Shown piece by piece: positions 14,060 to 27,716 of a stretch of DNA of 64,000 nucleotides (position 1 is its first letter; the number at the start of each line of letters is the position of its first letter). The DNA comes from Octopus vulgaris (Eukaryota). A model generated the notes under the pieces. The model saw only the letters and a program-made list of their open reading frames with translations. It was not told where the DNA came from and ran no database searches. Both the position numbers and the translations under genes were made by a program. Where the stretch lies: the NCBI GenBank assembly GCA_951406725.2, contig OX597821.1, forward strand, positions 113,894,001 to 113,958,000, written 5' to 3'.

Positions 14060-15990
14060 TAGACAAGTAGACAGACAGATAGATACATTAGTTAAGATTC
14101 TTTACAGTGAGAATGGATTTAGAAACTCTAAAAGAATGCACGCAGCTGTTGAAAGATCAATTTTTGATAGAAAGAACTTTTCCAGCTGCAAAATCTTTCA
14201 CGATTGCTCACTCCATTTGGACGAACATGCAAATTAAAAAGAAACAAACTCTCTTTGATCGGGCTGAATAGATAAAGTGAAGGGGAAATAGGTCACATTT
14301 TTTAATATATGGATTTATAAGTTTCCGTTTCATTGATTGAAATAACAAAGGAATTATCCAGGTACAATATGTTAACAAATCAGAATCAGCGTCAATCATT
14401 ACTCTCGTCTGGCTCAGACACTGAAAAGATGCGAACGATATGTATATTTGCAGCATATTTCAAAACTGAAAACAAGATTTTTAAAGATATAACTGAGCCA
14501 TGGATCAGACTCAGCATAGCTATGGGTCGAATGTTTAGCACCCCTACTCAATAGCAAGCACACACTCCGACGGAATTAATTGTAAGGTTATTTAAGGTCA
14601 TCGAGTCTTGTGACTCATATGGCTGATTACCCAGTTTTCATGGCACGTAAGTGATAAATACGACAGTATCCATCTCGAATGGGACGTCAGTCTGTTGCTA
14701 GGTTACTCCTTTGCAGCCGGGTGAATTGAAGCAAAGCAAAATGAAATTTTTGCTTAAGGACACAACGCCCAGTCTAAGCATTGAAATCACGCTCTTGCGA
14801 TCGTGAGTGCCACGCCCTCACCGCTTGGCTGTGCACCTTCAAGGAAACCACTGTAAAATGCCGTTAACTATTGCGAATCACTCTTTTTTATTTGACAAAC
14901 TGGTAAATTTATTTATTGAGTGGGAGAGAAAAGAACACTTTATGTTGCAAGTGCAATAGTTTTTGACCTTCTTTGTTGTTTGGTCGTGACTAGCAAGTTA
15001 ATAACTTTTTTCTTTTACACCACTGAAATCTAAAGTAAATAAAGATTCTTTTAGTATGACTAACCGATAAAGGCCTCCTACTCACCATTAACAAAAGTCA
15101 ACTCATAGATACTATAGGAAAACCACTCACACTATAAAAAAAGAGGCTCCTGTGTAACGTTGCGTATATCTACGTAACCACATAGACATTACAAGATAAT
15201 TTTTAAATAACAAAACCCTGTATTATAAAACAGTAGTTGTGTCCCTCCTTGGGTAAATATAAATGTGTTCTTTCTCTCACAAAGACAATTGGTAAATTAT
15301 AACAGAATCTAACTTAGCGTAAAGTTGACCAACGTGTTTATGGGAATTTTGAAAGTTACGAAGTGCTTTACAGCATTGTGGGATGTGGTTAAGCTGCTTG
15401 AATTTGCGTATGTTAAAAAGATTCGTTTCGCCACCATGTGGTTTCAGTTTCAATTCCGAAAGTTTTTACTCATAAACTGCGCAGAAGCTCATTGTATATG
15501 CATGTCCTCGTCCACCACCAATCTCATACACGCATATATATTATTATTATTATTATTAAGAAAAGGGCGACAGTTTTAACTTAGTAATCATCTGTCTGAT
15601 GAAAACTAGTAAACCAACACTTCGGAGTCACTGTCAAACTTTTCCTTGTATTAGTTTATAAATATGGTCCTTGTCTAAAAAGAACTGAGTGATCCTTCAG
15701 CTTAATGTTCACCTATTTTTAAATATAGCTTTACGTAAAACAAGTATTAATATATACACACACGCGCACACTCATACATATAACACACACATACACGCAC
15801 ACACACATATGTATATATATAATTTTTATTTATTGATACTTTCCTCGAGATAAAGTGAGAAAATATAAAGTTATTGAAAATAGTTTTCACATCCAAATAA
15901 GGAAAACTAATTTCAAGTAATTAATTGCTAAATTTATTAAACATGCTTAGAGAAAGAGTCAGGTGATCTTTGTTTGCCAGCAAGGGACGG

Positions 15991-16030
15991 CTAAGGACAT
16001 GTTTCAGTACTTTTGAACTCATCAGCATAA
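15991..16030 (-). ncRNA. Degenerate hammerhead-like motif
   Basis: UUAUG-CUGAUGA-GUUCAAAAGUACU-GAAAC-AU-GUC-CUUAG. Same ACAUGU palindrome and GUC site as the 6980 motif. Confidence 0.45.
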
Positions 16031-17131
16031 TATATTGTGCTCAGGCATGCATTTCAGTTGATAATTTTCTACGTTTAGGAGTAAGAGTCGCTTATATTTT
16101 TAATTCTGGTTAATTTGCATAATTAAACATAATATAGCAAAGGGAAAGAACTCAGAGAGGGCAACGACATGAATCTGGATGATTAAGTTAAAGTGAGATG
16201 TGACGAATGAATGCCATGCGTAATAAATTTTTAAGTTGTAGAAATTTAACTCAAAGCCGGAGAGAAAAAATGATCTCATAAAATCAACAATTAATCTTTG
16301 AAGTTAATTTACATCATTGATTGTAATTTCAATAAATTCAGAATTAACTACATATAGCATTCCACACATCACTCTTTAAATAATTATCCAAATTCATTTC
16401 ATTAACCTTGATTTATTTTTCATCAGCTCATTTTATTCTTATTTATGCAAATAACTGTGCGACAAAACATACGCATATCTCTTTTTCTGCATTTAAAAAC
16501 TAATCCACTGATTTGAAAATTTCAGGAGATTGTACTACACTGACGAGGTAAGTTACAACGAAACGTTTGACTGGAAAGGAAGCTGAGGCTGTTCTTTTCT
16601 TAAATGGGTAGATTGGCTTCAAATTTTGGTACATGGCCAGCAATTTTGGGGGAGTGAATAAGTCAAATACATGGACTAAGTGTTTAACTAGTACTTAGTT
16701 TATGGACTCCGAAAGGATGAAAGGTGAAGTCGACCTCGGTGGAATTTGATCTTAGAATGTAAAGGCGGACGAAAGGCAGCTAAGTCCAACTTACCTCAAC
16801 TATTAAATGTCTTTGCGTTTTGGGAATGTAAGCAAGAAATGACAACGACCAGGATGAGTGAATTCTTTCGAAAAAATCAGGCGCTGAGATTAAAAGTGAA
16901 CCGTTTTCAGTTCTGTTGAGATCGAATGTTGGTCACAAAACCAATTCGGTTCTCTTCAAGTATCTTTTATAACCTGATCTTATGAGAACCGATCAAAGCT
17001 CATCACGAGTGCAAGTATTCTTTTCTACTTTAGGCACAAGGCCCGAAATTTTGGGGAGGGGGCCAGTCGATTAGATCGACCCCAGTTCCTATTTCCTTAC
17101 TGCCCACAAGAGGCAGTAAGGAAATGTGTGT

Positions 17132-17173
<42 letters not shown>

Positions 17174-17294
17174 GTGTTTGTGTGTACCTTTGTAAAATAA
17201 CTATTTAGGTTATGAGATGACTACACCGACTTTGATTTGTTTTTCAATCGCTTTTCGTTGCTCGGAGAAGTATTTTACGCCCAGTTTCTCTCTC

Positions 17295-17348
<54 letters not shown>

Positions 17349-17460
17349 AAAAATGGTAAATAATTTTTCTGTGGTTTTTCATGTAACCAACAATTATTTA
17401 GCGGTAAATTTCGGTATGTAAATACGACAAATTCATCGTCAGGAACTTTGTAAGGTTCAG

Positions 17461-18096
17461 TATATAGTAAAGTAAATAAGAGGGCTAGCAGCAGGCTGCT
17501 TCGCCTCATACCGAAGGAATTAGAAATGGCAGTCAAAGACTGTTTTTTCCATTTTCTGTAAGTGGAGATTCCAAAAACGAAGGCCCGTGCGGCTCACATA
17601 CACAAAACCGGAGTAGCAAATAGACGCAAACAGTCACTTACCGTTAATAACGAACATGTTTCTGGATCACAAACTCAGAAAAGTAGTTTGATTTCCTTCA
17701 TCGGCGCTATATTCGATAGATTTACCAAATGCCACAGGCCCTCACTTCTGACCCAGCGACATCAGATAGTGGGGGGAAGTGTGCAGATGTTAAAACTAAG
17801 TAACGACTGGGAACGTAAATTTTCCCTCCAAAATTCTGCCATGCGCGCCTTCTGGGTAATCGTAATGGAATGAGGAATCCACATGGTAATGCAATAAAAA
17901 TGTTCGTTATTAACGGTAAGTGACTGTTTGCGTCTATTTGCTACTTCGGTTTTGTGTATGTGAGCCGCACGGGCCTTCGTTTTTGGAATCTCCACTTACA
18001 GAAAATGGAAAAAACAGTCTTTGACTGCCATTTCTAATTCCTTCGGTATGAGGCGAAGCAGCCTGCTGCTAGCCCTCTTATTTACTTTACTATATA
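17461..18096. repeat. Long inverted repeat, 197-bp arms (17461-17657, 17900-18096), 242-bp spacer
   Basis: Arms are near-identical: mirror ORFs [12 protein letters not shown].. and [10 protein letters not shown].. appear on both strands. One mismatch noticed. Confidence 0.92.
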
Positions 18097-18101
18097 TATA
18101 T

Positions 18102-18194
<93 letters not shown>

Positions 18195-18198
18195 GTTG

Positions 18199-18253
<55 letters not shown>

Positions 18254-19231
18254 CTTCTTTCTTTCCTTCTTGGATATTTTCTCTATCCCTCGAAAACCAA
18301 TTATTTTATTCAAGACGAATTCACCGTTGAGGAGGAATTTTTCACTATTCTTCTCTTGATAAATTTTCGGAAACTATCTTGACTTGTGTCAAACTGCGCT
18401 GTTAATCCAGTTTTAATTACCAACTGATTAATTAAAAGTCCTCGTGTTGCTAAAGCTCACGTACAAAACACGGTCCCAACATTTCATCTCATATTCTCCA
18501 ACGGTTGCACGTTTAATAATAACTGTACTTATTGTCGACATTGTTGAAGCAGTGTTATGTGGGTCGTATGATATTAGATATAAACTTCGTTCGCAATCTG
18601 ACCTTATTGTACAGAACTGAAAATTTTTGTACAACTTTGCTACTTATAAAACAATATAAATAGTTTAATGCGTTGTAATTGATATGACGTTTGTAAGCGA
18701 AAAATATTAACGAACTGGTCAGGGGTTCTTTACTGAACAATGAAAAAATAATGGTAAATAAGAGTTAACACTGCGACTGCTCCTTAATATTTACGAAAGC
18801 TACGAGTCATTGCACATATTTCAACAGTTTATACAATTCTTCGACACCAGGCTTTTTTTATTGTTGTTGTTGTTGTTGTCATTGTTCTTTTATGTTGTCG
18901 CTGATATTGTCGTTGACGTCGCTATTGTTGTTTTGGTTGCTCAGCACTAGATTGGCTCTGAACAACAACCAGATTTATTACCAAATTCTCTCCTGCCAAG
19001 ACCACCCAATATTTTCCCCCGGCAACAATATTCGTTATTAAATATGGTAGCTCGTAATTTGGAGAGAAGTTGATTGCCAATTCTAGCTGACTGTCTTAGG
19101 CTCGTCAACAATCAATGAGATTTCATTGGTGATACGTTTATTAAACCACGGGATATTTACAAATGTCTGTTATTTCTTCAATATAAAATAACAAAGAAAA
19201 TAGTTTCGACACTGTTTCGATTTTTCCTTAC

Positions 19232-19454
19232 CTTTTTCGCTCTATTGAAAGTTAATTTTGCCATTCTTCCGTTTGTACTTTTGTAGTAAAAGTCAACTGT
19301 TTTTGTATCCCCGTTTAGTCTAACGCCGAGTTGCGGCCGATTATTTGGATCTACGATTTTGAGTAAATTCCATCTAGCTTTCCGTGTTGGCCCTCTCATC
19401 ATGAAAGTGCTGATTAATGAGAACTGTTCTGGTAATCCCTTTGGAAATAAGGCA
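19232..19454 (-). CDS. Collagen IX/FACIT-like gene, TSPN exon 2 (SALFPKGLPEQFSLISTF...QLGVRLNG...FNRAKK)
   Basis: Acceptor ttttctgcAG, donor AAG|GTAAGG. 223 bp, phase 2/0, open frame. Contains the LFPxGLPExFS motif typical of collagen TSPN domains. Confidence 0.93.
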
Positions 19455-20197
19455 CTGCAGAAAAAATGAATAATAAAAAAGAGCAGTTAGTTAGCAGAAA
19501 AATCATAGTAAAATCGTTATTTGATCCGTGAACAATAATAGCAAGGGAGGTTATCTTGTAAAGAAGAAGTAAGACGATGAAGTATTAAAGATATTGTGAA
19601 AGAAAGAAGTTTTGTTATAGGACAGAAGAAAAAAAGAAAATGAGAGAAAGAGAGAAAAAGGGAGAGAGAGAGAAAGCAAACAGATATGTATAAAACTGAT
19701 ATGGAATACAATTTTGTGAAAAGTTATTGCAATTTTTTCATACGCTATTGTCAGCTTTTCAGCCAAATTGTAATCACACCAGACCTTAAATAAAAATTGG
19801 TTATATTCTGCCGATTGAGATTTTAGTTTTGTTTCTAATTCCACATAAACACAGTAAATTATATCGGACAAATGCAGCCATTAGGGTTAGGGTTTTATTT
19901 CACGGAAACTCTTTCACATTTTTTACTGAAATAGGGACTCGTGATTGAAAAATAAATGGCAGTTCTTATGTGATATTATTGGCAGTTCTTGAATTCCATA
20001 CTAACTGACAGATAGATTATTTCATTAACTGAATTATATCAGCCAAGCGAGAAACATCACTCAAACGGATATGATGTTTGGCAGAAAATATTGAAAAGGA
20101 ACAGACTAATGTGAATACTAATAGAACGAAACGATATCGTTTATAGAGAGTTTTATATCACGGAACTCAGCAGTGATACGAAGTGAGAAAGAAATAC

Positions 20198-20330
20198 CTT
20201 GTGGGAATACGTAAATTTGATCCTTCTGTTATTTTATAAGCCACCTGTAGAGCGTTGCTACCCCGCGTTTGATGTACACCTGGGATATTTGTTCTTGTGT
20301 CTAATTCATATGTGGATATAAAATCGAATG
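20198..20330 (-). CDS. Collagen IX/FACIT-like gene, TSPN exon 1 (FDFISTYELD...QVAYKITEGSNLRIPT)
   Basis: Acceptor tatttttcAG, donor AG|GTATTT. 133 bp, phase 1/2. Matches the COL9A1-type FDL...LQVAYKL...RIPT motif. Confidence 0.92.
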
Positions 20331-23295
20331 CTGAAAAATATACAAAGGAAAACATTGTAAGATAGAACTATAAAACAATTATTTGTGATATATTGATAGA
20401 ATGTTTATCAAAAGACAAGATGAAAGAACATTTGAGGGGTGTGTAAAAAGAGAAACTAAAGAAAGAGAGAGGGGAAGAAAGAAAGAGGGAGGGGAAGAGA
20501 GAGAGAGAAAGACATAAGATTTGGTCTTACTTGGAAATTTTATTAACGAATCTCGCTATCAATTAACATGAAACTGTTATAAAGGTCGATATTATTGTTT
20601 TACATTCAGAACGAACTGAATATAAATTTGATGAATCTGTTTCTTTTCTTTAGCTTTTTTTTTCAATCATCGAATGAGAGCAGGAAGAAGTGTACCCATA
20701 AGGTTTTTAATGGATTCCGGCACTGACGAACGAAAGGAAGAGAGTCATCTCTACACCGGAAACCAGGCATGAATGTTTGTAACAAAGTATACTTCCGCAA
20801 AGTCAGTTGGTGTTGAAACTGGGTCACGATTTGACGCAATCTCCGCAACCATTAGCATCACTTTGGTTCAGGTAAACTTATTTTGGAGATTTAAATAAAA
20901 GATGGAATCGATTAAAATGGTTTGTTGTTACTTATCTATATCTATGAGAATTGAGCTCAGAAATAATTATAACCGAAATGATGTAGGAATCAAATTTATA
21001 GAGAATTCCTGGCAACTCATCACTCTTGGAATCTTTAGTGTTGGTTTCATTTTTCACAAAAGTGCCAAATGATGGAAGACAATCGAGTCTACTTTTAAAT
21101 ATGGTCGTCTGGGTTTTGTTCTTTCGAAACTCTACAAGGATTTAATTGTAGAGGAACGAGACTAAAATGCATATTATGTTTGGGGATTTAATAATTTATT
21201 CAGGGTTTTTCAAAACACCGGCGAGAAACCAAAGATATAAATATTCTTCAGACATAGTCCCTGGCATCGAATTAGACATTCTCTTTTCACTGGACAGAAT
21301 ACATAACGTGAAACAGAGACTGGCCAACTGTTCCAAAATTGCTTCATGAAATAAATAAATTTATAAACCTTGAAACCTTAAACTCTTCATATCTTTTAGA
21401 ACCCAGAGCAGTTCTTTATTAATTTTCTCCATTTAAACTCAGTTGACAAAGCGTAAGCAAAAAGACGAAGAGAAGATTTTCATGGTAGACCTATGTATTT
21501 TAAGTTCCATCTGTATTGCATATTTTAGTTCTTATAAGGCGTTTACTGTTTGAAGTCTAAAATATTTCAAAAGCCATATTTCAAAAGCCACTTCTTGTGA
21601 TCACTCATATCACCCCTGCACATCCCCCACACTATCATTGTTGCTTCTGCCATTTCTGTAATAACATGTTTAACAACGAACACACCAGCATTAACAGAAA
21701 GTAACACCCATCTTCGCCAACACCATGGTTTCTACAACCGTCAATTGTCTGACTCCTATCAACAGCCTGTATGTGTTATATTTTACATGCTGGTGGAATA
21801 AATTAAAAAAACTCATGCTTGGTTGATCACACAAACAACATTTCGCATGATATCATACATGCCTGCGTCATAGAAATAATGTGTGTCGTCGGCTGATTAA
21901 TAAACAACATAACATCAGAAAAAAACACAAAGGAAAGAAAAATGGGATTTCTCGTTGAAGTTTGACATATTTTTAACTGAACAGTTTTAGGTTGGACATT
22001 AACACATAACTTCAACGAACTCATATTTATGGTATACTAGTACAAACGTTTGAGTTGATACTAAGTGTTGGTGAGTCTATCCTATTTACTTCAAGTCTCG
22101 TATTTTATCTCTTTTACTAATATGAGATCTTGTGTCTCCGCAAGAAATTTTTACAGTTAAAAATCACTTGAAGTAGAATGTAATTGAATAATTATGATTG
22201 CAAATCACAAAACCTAGCAGAATTTCACCCTGAGTTTAACCATAAACTAAAAAAACATACATACATACATACATACATACATACATACATACATACATAC
22301 ATACATACATTCGTACAGAACGTGATCATGCAATCGACTAGATTATAGGATGTTGTTGGATTACATCGCTGGTCACAATGCACTTCGTATCGTCTTAGCT
22401 TTCGAATGACGCCACCCGGCTGTCTCGGCGAGCAAGCAAACATTCACCCTGATCGGAAAGTTAGTTCGTCGCAAGGTTACCCTTTTACAGCTGAGTATTT
22501 TGCTCAAGAACACAACGCAACTCTAGGTCCTGGAATCGAACCAATGTTACAGAGATCGTGAGTGTAACACCTTGACCACATGGCCACGCGCCTTCACACA
22601 AACACACACACGCACACATACACACATATACATACATGCATGCATACATACATACATACATACATACATACATACATACATACATACATACATACATACA
22701 TACATACATACTACATACATACATACATACATACATACATACATACATACATACATACATACATACATACTACATACATACATTCGTACATACATACATA
22801 TATTTGATGACGGCCAAAGAACATATCGATTGAAGTCGCTAACGTTAATAAAGGCACAAAGGTCTGCAAGAAACCAGGAAGACGTAATCTTTGATAACAT
22901 ATTTTTATGTCTTTTGAGTTGGTATGTAGATACCGTAGTTTTGAGGCGAAGGAAACAGGAAGTGTGATGTTGATATCTTTAGTGATATAAATTAAATATC
23001 ATGGCTTCGCACGAGCGCCATGTCTCGACTAACCAGAAGCTTACCTCTTGGTCTTTGATACTCGTTTTAGGGTTTATTTGCAACAACTAGTACTCTGATT
23101 TAAAACACTGTTTTTTTGTTTGTGTTTATCTTCCCACCAGAATCAAAAGTTCGATTGATCACCGTACATAAAATATAAATTAAATCTAATTATTTCGAGC
23201 TCAGCATTTTATGGTAAAGGAGATGTACGATTTTGAGAGTTTTTAAACAGGAATAGTAAAGTCATTGCACTTCGTTAAGGGACAACGATCTACTA

Positions 23296-23700
23296 ATTTC
23301 ATTTCATTTCATTTCATCTTCTTCGCTCACTTAATCTTGGGATGGTCACGAGGTTACAGTTTTGAAGTATATCCTCCTCCGGGTCTTGTCAGAAGCAACC
23401 ATCTCTAATGGATTTGACTTGATCTCGAAGCTTGGCCAACCGAGTTCATGGATGTTATCCAACCATCTTGCTCGTGGTCTACCCCAGGGTCTTCTGCCTG
23501 TAAACTTGCCCGGCGATTCTTTCCCGAGACATTCTTACCACTTGTCCATTGTATCGGAGCTGTTGTCTCTCAATTCGGTGAAGTAGCATCTCTTCCTGGA
23601 GCGCGTCTCTGATCTCCGAGTTATGCACTTTGTCGAGTAATGTTACTCCACAGACTGTTCACAGGAGCCCATATTCTTGCTATCGTTACCCAAGCTTCAA
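23296..23700 (-). mobile_element. RTE-clade LINE 3' end
   Basis: Minus frame TGRRPWGRPRARWLDNI (RTE GxRxRGRPxxxWxD motif) followed by a (GAAAT)n tail. Confidence 0.65.
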
Positions 23701-26070
23701 GTTATATCTTAAATATTGCAAGTAAAATACGAGTTACGTTAAATAAGGTTTATATTTAAGGAACGTCTTGTCCGAGATATAAAGAAAACGCCTGTTAATT
23801 CTGCAATTATCACAGTAGTTCTGGTATTATGTGATTTTTCTTCTTCTTTTTTTAGGTTTAATGTCAAGAAACAAGACAAACTTCCAGCATTCAAAAATTC
23901 CATAACATTAATACTCAAATATAACTAAATGATTCTAATGAAGCCGTTAATTTCCTCTTAATAATACTTAGATTGATGTATTTGTAATGCTCGTGTGAAA
24001 AACTTCCATCCGAAACTTCCTGTTCAACTAGTATAACTCATAAGTGTTTTATTAGTTTACCCGGGTAAAATTCAGTCCTCTCATAAGAAATAGATATTCC
24101 TAGCCATAAATAGTTCGATAATTGAACATCATAATAGCTTGAATTAGTTATCTCGTTTATTTGTTGGAGAATGTTTATGTGTGAGCTGATGTACGCTAGA
24201 ATCAGCAGTAAAAGACTTTGGTGGGATAAGCGTAAAGCAGAGGAATTAATATAAAATACCTTTACGTAGAAAAAAAAAAAAAACACTCGCAATTTAGAAA
24301 GTTAACTCAATTTTGTTTTGAAGAGTTCAAAGTATTTTTAACAGGCAAACGTTATCGAAAATAACATGGAATAAATTGTGAATGATTGTTGATGATTTTT
24401 GTTTTATCACTGCTATAATTCTAAGGTCACATAGATGTGACACCTTAATGGAGTTGCTTTTACGTCTCAATTGTGAGTTCCAGGATAGTTTTAAGTTCTT
24501 GGCACGCCGTCCTTTGCACGCTTTTGCTTTGATTCTGCCCTTGTTAAGGCTAGAGTTTTCTTGTCAAATCCTTTCCCACTAACCGACGCCGAAAGTGTTA
24601 ATCCGCCAGGATAAGAAAAGCAAATCTAGTTTTCTTTTCCTTTGATTATTTTTTAATAAAATCACAACTCGGTGTCATATTTGTTGTCAGTTCTGTGACA
24701 TTAGGGCAGGTTACGAGTTTAGAGATACTGATGCCACATACGTAGAAATAACGTTGTTTTTTCCTCTGGGATTCCTTTAACTATAATTACATCTAATAAA
24801 ATAAAAGAAGGGTTTTTTAGTCGAAATCTAAAGAAAATATTGCGAGTGAAATGTCACGACGGCTTCTGCAGAAGACAAACGGTTCTATTTTGTAACTGAA
24901 GATCATCTCATATATCATCACTTATTTAATAAAATTGTATTTCAAGTAAACAAATATTCTAAATTTATTAACGGCTTATGCCCACTTAGTAGCTAATAGT
25001 TAATACTTAAATGTGGTATTATGAGCCGTAACGAAAGCGTTGAATCCAATTACGGTTTGCGGTTGATATTAATTTTTTTATGTTGGTTATTTGGTGGCAT
25101 TCGCGAAGATCTCCGATATCGTGTTCCGTATTTAGGTATGAGGCATTTTATAAAACTACTGTGGAATAACCACTGTACACAAAAGCTACAGTAGTGATTT
25201 TTCGTATGTGAAACATAAAAATGAGCAATCTCAATTAACTTGTCGACATCCTGCAAATTCAAGTGCCAAATTTATTTTGGCAAGACCAAGATTGGAAAAT
25301 AAACTTGATGCCAATATGTAAATAGTTATTAGATATTTTTAAGAGCTTATAAATCGCTTACAAAGTATTATATATTTAAACATTGGATAACGTTTACGAG
25401 AGACCGGAGACTTGTCAAAATATTTATGTTGTGAAACTTGTTGAAAATCAAATAAATACTTTCACATATATTCTGACAGAAAAAAAGCAAATAGTTCCAA
25501 ATTCATTTCTATACACTGGTTGTGGTAAAAGGGAGTATTCCCTTGTATTTCTCTTAGAAATATATTCCCCATGGGAGAATATCATCCGAACTGGTATTTT
25601 GGTCTAAAAACGATGCAAGTTAAATGAAAGATCAGAATAGACAACTCAGTACGTATAATGACGTGTACAGTACAAGGATTGTGGATTCTGGTGGATATGA
25701 ATTCAAGATTTATGATCTGGTATTCTAAGACTTTATGAATGTTATTCTAATATGTATAGCAAATAGGCTCCATCGATGAGGACAAACTCACCGCCGGGGC
25801 TGCATCGAAGCACCCGTACAAGACTTCGGAATATCGTATGAAAAATGATCCGCGTAAATATCGTTTAACAAAATAGATTAAGAGCTAATCTCGGAATTTA
25901 GGACGAACAGAAATGTAAGGAAATAAAATGATTATATCGATGTGTAGATACATTTTATTTCCTTTCTATGAATCTATGTGCCTTTAAAGAATGTTAAGAG
26001 AGATTCTCATAAAGTGCAAAATGGAAAAGCTGAGCTGAAAATATTAGATAACGAAAAAGTGTGGCTCTAC

Positions 26071-26133
26071 CTGGTATGTCGTCATATGCTCCTAAATTCT
26101 CAGGACATACTTCATCTGTTTTTTCAAAAACTT
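26071..26133 (-). CDS. Collagen IX/FACIT-like gene, exon preceding the TSPN domain (xVFEKTDEVCPENLGAYDDIP)
   Basis: Minus-strand acceptor ttctattttcAG and donor G|GTAGAG. 63 bp, phase 1/1. Peptide resembles COL9A1 NELCPKIRIGQDDLPG and joins in frame to 20330 (G+CA = Ala). Confidence 0.8.
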
Positions 26134-26620
26134 CTGAAAATAGAAATGGTAATACGGGTATTAGTATAAGATTTACTATAGATATTAACGGAACTGTCAC
26201 TCCACACTCTCTCTCTTTCTCTATCTCTTTTTCTATATATGTAAATGGCGGTGCGTCAGCATGGCCAGAGCTCGTGAGCTGAAACTAGATAAAATAAAAT
26301 AAAAATAAAAATAATATTTATGCATATATATTTATGTGTGTGTGCATGGTGAATCAACAAGCTATGAGGACATAAACAAACGAACAACAGTTGTCAAGCG
26401 GTAGTGGAACGATCACATAGCGCTGCACACACACACGCACACACTCACTGCTGACGGGCTTCCACAAAGTTTCCGTCTATCTAATTCACTCATAAGGATT
26501 TGGTCGGCGCGTAGCAATTGTAGAAGATAATAGCTTAAGGGGTTGTGCGCTGGAACTGAACCCGAAACAACGAGCAAAACGAAGTTCTTAACAAGACAAC
26601 CGTATATATATTCAGTATTT

Positions 26621-26855
26621 TTTATTTCTTTATTGCCCACAAGGGGCTAAAGATAGAGGGGACAAACAAGGACAGACAAAAGGATTAAGTCAATTACATC
26701 GACCCCAGTGTGTAACTGGTACTTAATTTATCGACCTCGAAAGGAGGAAAGGCAAAGTTGACCTCGGCAGAATTTGAACTCAGAACGTAACGGCAGATGA
26801 AATGCCACTAAGCATTTTGCCCGGCGTGCTAACGTTTCTTCCAGCTCGCCGCCTT
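26621..26855 (-). mobile_element. SINE, family starting AAGGCGGCGAGCTGG and ending GGGCAATAAAGAAAT, with TSD
   Basis: ~21-bp TSD CCGTATATATA(TA)TTCAGTATTT at 26600-26620 and 26856-26878. Related copies near 13220-13430, 13640-13850, 38380-38590, 40120-40325, 46431-46660, 47715-47915, 58630-59040 and 60730-61150. Confidence 0.85.
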
Positions 26856-27092
26856 CCGTATATATATATTCAGTATTTCTAAACGCGGTTTAAGGCGGCG
26901 AGTAGGCTGAGTCGCTTACACGCCGGACAAAATGCTTAGCGGCATTTCATCCGTCTGAGTTCAAATTCTATCGAGCTTAACTTTGCCGTTCATCCCTTTC
27001 ATGTCGATGAAATAACCACCAACTGCGAACCAAGGTTATGTAATTGCCTTTTGCTATTCCCGCAAATTCCAGAGAGGGAAAGGGTAAGAGAA

Positions 27093-27145
<53 letters not shown>

Positions 27146-27628
27146 GTATTTATGAGTTTTTAAAATAAAATCACAGTAAATTAAGCAATTACAGGATTGG
27201 TAAGATTAAATTTGTCTTTGAGGTGATGGCTTACATTTACTGAATTACACCCTCAAATATGCCGGCTTGCACACACACACACACATACCGAAGGACGCTC
27301 GTACAATGAAACTAAAGCAAATACAGACTACAAACAATTAATACAAATATCAAAATACAACAGGAATGCCGAAGCAAACGAAACAACCGATCTCGTTATA
27401 TAAAAAAAAAGGAGTAAAATAGGTAATGCTTCGTGGGGTGCACGCAAAACAGCGAGGATCTAAACAGTTACGTATCTGTTACCGTATCTATTCCTTATTC
27501 GTAATATGGCGATCAGATATACACGTTCGAATTTATTAGAACGTATAACAAATGAATAAGATAAGTAAAATGTGTTTTCAGATATATAAGGTGTATAATA
27601 TTTTCATACATCTTCATACAATTCTTAC

Positions 27629-27716
27629 GGTGACCGACATTCAACATAGCAGAAAAAGTGAAACAAAACAAAATATTTTTTTCAAAAAACCGTGTCAAAG
27701 AAAATGTCAAGTTCAT
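27629..27716 (-). CDS. Candidate first coding (signal-peptide) exon MNLTFSLTRFFEKNILFCFTFSAMLNVGH
   Basis: ATG at 27716, phase-1 donor C|GTAAGA compatible with the 26133 acceptor, modest hydrophobic stretch. No homology support. Confidence 0.3.

Noticed and set aside
17562-17995. Paired ORFs [12 protein letters not shown].. on both strands
   Set aside because: Consequence of the inverted repeat; no recognisable domain.
20728-20750. CTGACGA-AC-GAAA hammerhead-like core
   Set aside because: No stem II, stem III or cleavage-site pairing.
23045-23094. Possible minus-strand exon with a good GTAAG donor
   Set aside because: Stop codons in all three frames.
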